A DNA stretch of 64,000 nucleotides from a virus, in IMG/VR virus record IMGVR_UViG_3300044844_000506, positions 1 to 64,000 of that record; one strand, 5' to 3'. How positions within the stretch are numbered: the stretch's first letter is position 1; every line of letters starts with the position of its first letter. The translations under genes and the position numbers were made by a program. Shown here piece after piece: positions 57,067 through 64,000 of the stretch. The notes beneath the pieces are model-generated. The model searched no databases. It was not told the origin of the DNA and saw only the letters and a list, made by a program, of their open reading frames with translations.

Positions 57067-57864
57067 TTAAGTACAGTCAAATGATCGTATAGTACCACCT
57101 TGGTTGCCAAAATAAATAGGTCTTGATGCTGTACTTAAATAAAATGTTACTATTGTAGGACGTTCAAAGTATTCAGAAACGTAATTATTAACTGTAATAA
57201 CATGAACACTACTTAAATAAAAGTTAGTTACATCCCCAGTTAAAGTTATAACTCCAGTATTTAAATCTATTTTATATGGATAGGGGAAAGGGGGATCAAC
57301 ACTCATTATTTTAGGTATAGTTTCATCTTTAATGTCTTTTCCAGTATCTTCCTCTTTAATTGGAGTATAGTATTCTGGAACTACTGCTAATCTTCCAACA
57401 GAAGATAGCCATGATTCGACATAAATTTTATTACAAGTTTGATATGTAATTAAATCAAGACTGTTAAGTTTATAATCTAAAACAGGAAGTCCAACGGTAT
57501 AACCGATAGTGTTTTCAGGATCTTGTATATCTGTATATGCGTTAGCAGATTGACTCTGAGATACGGATACACCTTCATCTATCAATACATCTGTAGATCC
57601 ATTATCACCTACATCTCCACATGAGATTTTATCTCCGTCTCTATGAATCCCTTTTCCATTAGCAAAAACTGTAGTAGATCCACCTAACACTGGACCCATT
57701 TGATGACAAGCTGGACCACAACAATGAGTTTGACCATAATTATCATCTATTCTAACAACAGGCTTATCATTAACAAAAACGTCTGGGGAACCATTTACTG
57801 AGAATGTTGGAGAGTAGCAGTGTCCCTGAGACACATCAGTTAAAGCTCTTATTGGTCTTGGCAT
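57067..57864 (-). CDS. PAAR spike-tip protein (gp5.4-like) with C-terminal extension
   Basis: GHC..P....GSPDVFVN.KPV.R, H.C....H, GS.TVFANG...R.GD...CG. Confidence 0.88.
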   Translation of the reverse strand: MPRPIRALTDVSQGHCYSPTFSVNGSPDVFVNDKPVVRIDDNYGQTHCCGPACHQMGPVLGGSTTVFANGKGIHRDGDKISCGDVGDNGSTDVLIDEGVSVSQSQSANAYTDIQDPENTIGYTVGLPVLDYKLNSLDLITYQTCNKIYVESWLSSVGRLAVVPEYYTPIKEEDTGKDIKDETIPKIMSVDPPFPYPYKIDLNTGVITLTGDVTNFYLSSVHVITVNNYVSEYFERPTIVTFYLSTASRPIYFGNQGGTIRSFDCT

Positions 57865-60800
57865 TATAGTAAGGATTCTTCTTCAGGTGGTACAGGAGGT
57901 CTTACAGGAACTTCTATAGCGTATGATAACTGGATATCTTGAAGCCCCTTACTAGATACAATTCTAGTCGGGTTTCTTCTGGATGAAGCGTCTTTATTTT
58001 TAGGGGATTTAACATGATAAATTTTGGTGTTAGTTTTTTCACCATTTTTAAGTTTATTAATAACTTTAACATCCGCTCTTTTATTTAAAGTATACATATG
58101 CTTTCTGTCTAATCTAGCTAATAAGTCATACCATGTAATCCCATTATCAATTTCATAATTCTCTTTAATTTCTTCAACTTTAATAACTGCGGCTCGGACT
58201 GGATCCAACTCTCTTTCTGGTATTTCTTCTGGATTCTTATATGTTTTAGTATAGTTTGTCGTATCTCCGTACCTGCAAATATAAGATTGAGTGCTATAAT
58301 CTCCTGACTTACTTTCACCTTCAGAATGTATGTAAGAGTTAAGAACCTCAAATGGGTGCTGTAACAGTCCGATATCGTTTAGCTTTTTATCTGGAGACAT
58401 CTCCCATCTTAGTTCTCTAACATTCCAATCTTTTAACAATGAGTTAGCATTATAGAAGTTGTAGAAAGTTCTATTCGTTGGAGTTATTACTATAAATCTA
58501 GGAATTTTTCTTACTAAGAAAGGATCAGTCTCATCATCTTTAAATCCAAACCCATCATAAGTTACATCTCTAAATGTAAATTTAAATGTCGTTCCACTAA
58601 CAGAAGAATTACTGTAATCAAAATAGTCCCATATAGGATCATCGTGGTTAATAGTTAACACTAACCAAGGGTATGCTCTATAAATGATATCATCATTTAA
58701 ATCTTGAATATCTTGCTGGCTACTAGTTACGATATTATAATACGCATCTGTTTCTTTTATAAATGGGGAAAGCTCTGAATTATCATCAATTATTGTAGAC
58801 GTATTTAATTGTAATATATAGTGGCTTAGTGGTGGATTAACACTGCTAGTTATTTCTACGTTTACATCTGGGCATGAAGCGGTTAAAAGAACCTGTTTAT
58901 CAAACCCCAAATGATACATAATTAAATGTTCATCATCATTTCTTAATACGTTAGCATTAGCTATATTTGATTCAGTTGGTATATTTATTTCTTCAGACGA
59001 GGTAATGTAACACTGCAAAGTATCGTTGATAGTTAATTCTAATAGTACCTTGTTTCCAGATGAATCTAAAGCCTCAATAGAATCAGTGTTTTGAACATAA
59101 AAGTTTTCTTCCCCACTAGATGTAATAAAAACACATCTCTTGTTTATATCGGTAGGTAATGTATACCATAGATCTAATAAGTTTTTTGAATCATCTGTGT
59201 ATTTATTTGGATCTATAGAAAGCATTTTTTTGGGTATTAAAGACTCTCCATAGTTTCTATTCCTACTAACTGTTGTATCTATATCTGCTGATCGTGTAGA
59301 GATAGTTCTATTTGTAGCTAATGAAGATTTACTAATTCCATATCTAGATTTTTCTACTGAAGTAATATTAGGTCTAACAGTATTTACTAAAGGGATTTCT
59401 TTAGTTAATTCTTGAATATAGTCTGAATCTAGTTTATCTACCGAATCAGTTTCTATTGATCTACGAATAATATTAGAGATTTTAGTAGCATCTACAGGGA
59501 CGCCATTAGTATATTTTAAATTATAGAGTCTTCTAAATGAACTATTTAAGCTATTTTTTATGTGGTCATCAGATATGTTAGTAGCATCTATTACTGCTTC
59601 TTCAAATGTTCCTGATTCTTTATTGATAATACGATTTATACTATAGTGGCGGATCTTACCAAATATGTTTGAGTTTTTTTCACCGTAAGTGGGTAAAAAC
59701 TGAGATGGACTTAAAGAATATTTAGTATATTTTAGATCGTACTCACTTTCTGCGGTGTAACTTGATCTTGTAATTTGATCATAGTATTTTTTACCATCGC
59801 TAGTATTCAAGTTCCCAACAGGAGAATTTTCATCATAGTAAAGATTAGATATTATATTAGTGTCTATGTTTTCAGTATTAGAAATTGCTGTGAGGGTAAT
59901 GGTATAAACAGTATTAACTAATAAATTATTAAACACACAAGTATGAACATCATCAGGAACACTTAAATTAATTGTTTGAGAATTATTATTTTGATCTGTT
60001 AAAATAACTTGAGCAGTGGTATTTAATGGATTTTGTGTTGTTTGTTCTACAGTTTCAAAACCTACGTTTAATGATAGAGAGTTATTTGAAAAACTAAATA
60101 ATGCTTCTTCATTTAAAATTACAGGTATTTCTTCTTGTGGTTGTCCGTAATTAGGACATTGTACATCTACAGATAATTGATCAGATTGACCACCAAGTCC
60201 AAAAGACTGTATATTAACTCTATAATTTCTTAGAGGTATTAAACTAGGGTAATTTATACTTTGAGAAAAAGGAGAAACTGTTCCTATTAAATCAAAAGCA
60301 TCTATAGTTTGATTATTAAATAAATCAGTTATGATAACCGTAGAATCTGCTTGAATGTGCTGGTTAGTTGCTAAGTTAATTACTTCCCAATAAATGTTTA
60401 ATACAGGAGAATTATTTTGAATAATAATTTGTATGTCAGAATTAACAATCTCTAAATCATCTACTGGAGGTGTAGAATTAGTTGTGATTGTTCTTGTAAT
60501 TGTTGCAGGATTATACTGTACATATTGATTCCAATTTAAGTTTTTAGTAACAGTGATAGAGTAAGTATATTGTTCTCCAGGAGTTAAGCCATTAAAGTTT
60601 ATAACGTGAGTTTTAGATAAATTATTATTGGTAACTTGAGCTAATATAACAGATGGGTTAGATGTTAAAAATATAAAAGCTGTAAGTCGAACTGTAAAAT
60701 TTGATTGAGTAATACAAGTTAAACTATTTTCTGATACTTGTTCTTGTGTTACAACTACAGTCAAATCTTCTTCATACGGTGGTAAATCAGGAGGAATAGG

Positions 60801-60947
60801 TCCACTAGGCTCAATAGGTTGTGGACCATCAGGAGGAGCGGGAGGAATAACAATACCGCCATCTATCCCACCAGGAAGTGGTGGGGGCAATTCCCCTGGA
60901 GGACCAAATCCACAGGGAACTCGAAAAACAATATCTAAATCATTCAT
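57864..60947 (-). CDS. Large virion protein with Pro-rich N-terminus and FN3-like repeats
   Basis: THVINFNGLTPGEQYTYSI, LIPLRNYRVNI, NNLLVNTVYTITL. Confidence 0.6.
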   Translation of the reverse strand: MNDLDIVFRVPCGFGPPGELPPPLPGGIDGGIVIPPAPPDGPQPIEPSGPIPPDLPPYEEDLTVVVTQEQVSENSLTCITQSNFTVRLTAFIFLTSNPSVILAQVTNNNLSKTHVINFNGLTPGEQYTYSITVTKNLNWNQYVQYNPATITRTITTNSTPPVDDLEIVNSDIQIIIQNNSPVLNIYWEVINLATNQHIQADSTVIITDLFNNQTIDAFDLIGTVSPFSQSINYPSLIPLRNYRVNIQSFGLGGQSDQLSVDVQCPNYGQPQEEIPVILNEEALFSFSNNSLSLNVGFETVEQTTQNPLNTTAQVILTDQNNNSQTINLSVPDDVHTCVFNNLLVNTVYTITLTAISNTENIDTNIISNLYYDENSPVGNLNTSDGKKYYDQITRSSYTAESEYDLKYTKYSLSPSQFLPTYGEKNSNIFGKIRHYSINRIINKESGTFEEAVIDATNISDDHIKNSLNSSFRRLYNLKYTNGVPVDATKISNIIRRSIETDSVDKLDSDYIQELTKEIPLVNTVRPNITSVEKSRYGISKSSLATNRTISTRSADIDTTVSRNRNYGESLIPKKMLSIDPNKYTDDSKNLLDLWYTLPTDINKRCVFITSSGEENFYVQNTDSIEALDSSGNKVLLELTINDTLQCYITSSEEINIPTESNIANANVLRNDDEHLIMYHLGFDKQVLLTASCPDVNVEITSSVNPPLSHYILQLNTSTIIDDNSELSPFIKETDAYYNIVTSSQQDIQDLNDDIIYRAYPWLVLTINHDDPIWDYFDYSNSSVSGTTFKFTFRDVTYDGFGFKDDETDPFLVRKIPRFIVITPTNRTFYNFYNANSLLKDWNVRELRWEMSPDKKLNDIGLLQHPFEVLNSYIHSEGESKSGDYSTQSYICRYGDTTNYTKTYKNPEEIPERELDPVRAAVIKVEEIKENYEIDNGITWYDLLARLDRKHMYTLNKRADVKVINKLKNGEKTNTKIYHVKSPKNKDASSRRNPTRIVSSKGLQDIQLSYAIEVPVRPPVPPEEESLL

Positions 60948-60950
60948 CGT

Positions 60951-63230
60951 TTACTTTAAAGTAATTACGGATTGAGATGTGCCTTGAGCTAGTGTCTTAA
61001 AGAAATAAGTTGTTGGATATGCAGTAACTTTAAAAGATACTGTAGGATAGGTGCATACTCCCATGTAAGGAGCTTTAGTTGTAGCAGCACCTCCTAAGAA
61101 GTTAGATATAGACATATTATTAGTTGATCCTGTAGGTAATCCCATATCTGAGTTTCTAACTACAAAACCAGAATACCCATAAGAATCTCTATTTAGCCTA
61201 GGTTCAAATCCTTGGCCTATTGCAATTACAGCATTGTTAGTTCTTGGGGTTACAGCACTCCATGCAACATAAATAATAAATCTATCAGATTTCTTTTCCA
61301 CCCAAATTCCAGCGGAAGAGCCATCATCTAAGTTATATTGATTTCCTGATTCACTGCTTTTTTTAGTTTGAGGAATACAATTTTCAAATTGACACTCAAC
61401 TGTATAATCATTCATCCAAGGAACAGCAGCTTTATCAATTATAATTTCCTTCTTACACCAATGCATACCCCAAGTTAATGTACTACCATTAACATAAACT
61501 CCAGTTCCTAATCTTTTTTCTGCTGAAGATATACTATTTCCATTAGTACCAGAATCAAATTGACGATTTTGATTTAATAAATAAGTATTTATGTAGTCAT
61601 TTCTTCTTTGACCTTTATCAGTAGTTGATCCTGTTGGGGGGTTCATAGTCCAATATTCAGCATAATCCCAATCAGGTAAAACAGGAGCTTCAGAAAAAGG
61701 TAAGGCAGAATCTCCAATACCATTTAATTCTTTTGCTGCTAATCTGATAGCACCCTCAGGACCAAACTTTCTGCCTCCCCAAATTGTTCCACCAGCAACT
61801 ACTCTAGGCTTTAAATCCTGAGATCCCCCTGATCCAGTATTAACAGTTTGAATAACTTTATCGTATAAGTCTCGTAATTCTCTATCTAATTGTGCTGTTC
61901 CTACTACGCTATTAGCTGGAGAAATAGGAGGAGTTGCCATTAAAATACCAGCACGTTCGTTGTATGTTAATTCAGCAGTTCTAAAGAATGGTCTAATATC
62001 AATAACATCTGATGGTGCTATGACTGGTTGACCACCTACATTTATAGTTGCATTCTTTCTTACTACTACATAGCAAACTGGAAATACAGATTGACCAACT
62101 AATTGAATATTATCTGATTCTAGATTCTCAACAATATTTGGAGCCATATTCATCAGATCTTCTGGTGAAGGGAAAGATCCATGAATACCTAAACTCTTAA
62201 AACCATTATTAGTATTTTGTTGGTCTGCTACGCTTGCTAATATCTCAAATGGCTCAGATGGAGCACTTTCACTAATTACATAGTGAGTAGGGTTTCCTGG
62301 AGTATTAGATTCCTTGATGGTAAATAATCCAGCACCTTTAACTAAACCTAAAATAGGTTTGTTAATAGTTTGTGGTTCGTAAGTTGCACCAGGATATTTA
62401 GCAATTGTTGTAGACGATGCATCTATTGGATGTGAATAAATGAAAACTAAATCTATTCGGTAGTCAGCATCAATTAATTCATCTTCACCAGTATCACTAT
62501 TTCTAACTTTAAAATCATTGGGATCGTATGCAGGTACTTCTAATGTTAGTTCTTCATCTACACTTACTACAGCTAATCTGCCTACACCTCTGTACATTCT
62601 GACTAATTCTGTAGATAATTTTTGAAGAACAGAAGGCTCTAGTAGTTGATTAATTATTAATGGAGTATAGTTTACCTTAGCATACAAAGGTAAATCGTAA
62701 CTTCCTGGACCAGTTGAGATATTAGTATTAGCATTTGCATTATATGCTGTCTCTAATGTGCTTCCTTCAGGATAATCAGGTTGCCAAAAAGAAGTTTGTT
62801 CTGTTAAACCGTTCAAGAATAAAGCATCTCCAGCAACATTACTTCTAATTCTGCGAATGATTTCTTTTAAACTAGCGTAAGGAAAATCTGTAGTATTGTC
62901 ATAATACTTTCCTACACCTGGAATCCAGTTTAACAATTTAAGACTCTGCATACGAGTCTTACCGTAAGCGTCATTTATACGAGCATGGTACTGACCAGGA
63001 TTAACGTGAATTACATTATCCGATCCATTTGCATAGGGTTTTAGTTCCTGGAATCCTGCTCTAGTTCCACTTTCATCTGTAATCCCTGAGTCAATTTGAT
63101 CTTTTAACCATCTATCATTTTCCATTAGCTGCTGTAGAGGTAAATTATCTACAACATAATGATAAGGATCATTTGCTTTAAATACTCGGATAGGGTCTGT
63201 AAATTTGTGTGAGCTACTCTTAAATGTCAT
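60951..63230 (-). CDS. Putative baseplate/tail structural protein
   Basis: 759 aa; RxFKANDPYHY.VDNLPL; structural context. Confidence 0.55.
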   Translation of the reverse strand: MTFKSSSHKFTDPIRVFKANDPYHYVVDNLPLQQLMENDRWLKDQIDSGITDESGTRAGFQELKPYANGSDNVIHVNPGQYHARINDAYGKTRMQSLKLLNWIPGVGKYYDNTTDFPYASLKEIIRRIRSNVAGDALFLNGLTEQTSFWQPDYPEGSTLETAYNANANTNISTGPGSYDLPLYAKVNYTPLIINQLLEPSVLQKLSTELVRMYRGVGRLAVVSVDEELTLEVPAYDPNDFKVRNSDTGEDELIDADYRIDLVFIYSHPIDASSTTIAKYPGATYEPQTINKPILGLVKGAGLFTIKESNTPGNPTHYVISESAPSEPFEILASVADQQNTNNGFKSLGIHGSFPSPEDLMNMAPNIVENLESDNIQLVGQSVFPVCYVVVRKNATINVGGQPVIAPSDVIDIRPFFRTAELTYNERAGILMATPPISPANSVVGTAQLDRELRDLYDKVIQTVNTGSGGSQDLKPRVVAGGTIWGGRKFGPEGAIRLAAKELNGIGDSALPFSEAPVLPDWDYAEYWTMNPPTGSTTDKGQRRNDYINTYLLNQNRQFDSGTNGNSISSAEKRLGTGVYVNGSTLTWGMHWCKKEIIIDKAAVPWMNDYTVECQFENCIPQTKKSSESGNQYNLDDGSSAGIWVEKKSDRFIIYVAWSAVTPRTNNAVIAIGQGFEPRLNRDSYGYSGFVVRNSDMGLPTGSTNNMSISNFLGGAATTKAPYMGVCTYPTVSFKVTAYPTTYFFKTLAQGTSQSVITLK

Positions 63231-63309
63231 AGTTTAACACCTCACGGGCATTATTTTGGTTTGGGGCATCAGCCACCTGGTTTTTTTGTTTTTATTCTGA
63301 TTGTGCCCA

Positions 63310-64000
63310 TTAATTTTTCCTTGACAAATCAAAGATATTTACTGACAACAATCCAAATCCATGTCCAATAGCTGAAGTAGAGAAAGACTCAGAGCCTTCA
63401 GTATTTCTACTTCTATAAATAGTGCAGAATGGTACTCTTCCTGATCTAGCGGTAGCTCCGTTCTTTGCATTAGCAAAAGTATCTGCTGCGGATTCATCAA
63501 GTCTAATTCTAGTTCTATAGGAAGAATCAATCATAGCAGAAGTTGTTAAGAAAGCTGAAGCAGATCCTAACGTCTTATAGATCGAGGATACTTCAGGTGC
63601 AGCACTTACTGATCCAGAAGGATTGTATCCTTGTGCCCAAGTTTGATACGCAGAGTTATAAATTAAACCTGTGGTGTAGTAGTTTAAGAACTTAGCTGCA
63701 CCATCAACTGCAACCATGAGCCTGAATGGTCCGTAGTTTGTTCCTGCTGTAGCTCCTGAAGCTCCATAGAAGTCTAGAACACTTAGCCTACCTGTATCAG
63801 GGACCGTAGTTGGAGCAGCAGAGGCTGGAACTCCACCAGATAAGTATACAGCAGAAGGACCATAGTAACCTGCTAAACTTGGATATAAACCACTTACTGA
63901 ACAGTAAGAAGCATTTAAGAATGAGTCAGGGCCAATGTTCCATATTCTTAATAAATCACAATTACCACCAGAACTGACATCATACAAGATTCCTGAGGTA
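63310..64000 (-). CDS. C-terminal part of a structural protein (probably truncated by the window edge)
   Basis: S/G/T/A-rich reading frame that stays open to the window end. Confidence 0.6.
   Translation of the reverse strand, partial: TSGILYDVSSGGNCDLLRIWNIGPDSFLNASYCSVSGLYPSLAGYYGPSAVYLSGGVPASAAPTTVPDTGRLSVLDFYGASGATAGTNYGPFRLMVAVDGAAKFLNYYTTGLIYNSAYQTWAQGYNPSGSVSAAPEVSSIYKTLGSASAFLTTSAMIDSSYRTRIRLDESAADTFANAKNGATARSGRVPFCTIYRSRNTEGSESFSTSAIGHGFGLLSVNIFDLSRKN

Noticed and set aside
782-63987. Stop-codon reassignment
   Set aside because: Conserved genes are full length in the standard code, and no suppressor tRNA is seen.

Overview
This is a 64-kb segment of an AT-rich, T4-like (myovirus) phage genome, coded almost entirely on the minus strand. 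From left to right it holds: (1) a non-coding repeat-rich end (12-bp tandem array, NrdR-like palindromes); (2) blocks of small early/accessory genes with two families of repeated intergenic elements; (3) a pistol ribozyme, a second pseudoknotted RNA and tRNAs; (4) a ClpB-like ATPase, UvsX and MazG; (5) a glycosyltransferase/radical SAM/RmlB/RmlD island; (6) T4-like replication genes (gp32, UvsY, gp41, gp46/47, NrdJ, ThyX) paired with a family A polymerase split into three ORFs; (7) a gp55-like late sigma and a Holliday junction resolvase; (8) tail, neck and head genes (gp19, gp18, gp15, gp14, gp13, gp23, gp22, gp21), PAAR and large structural proteins. The most striking candidate system is an ECF sigma factor resembling the Planctomycete TIGR02984 group. 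It lies between the prohead protease and scaffold genes and carries an N-terminal leader like those of the neighbouring internal head proteins. Two near-identical GC-rich ECF-type promoter elements head the early gene blocks. Together these suggest a virion-delivered sigma factor that starts a three-sigma cascade. All protein calls come from motif recognition by eye; no searches were run.
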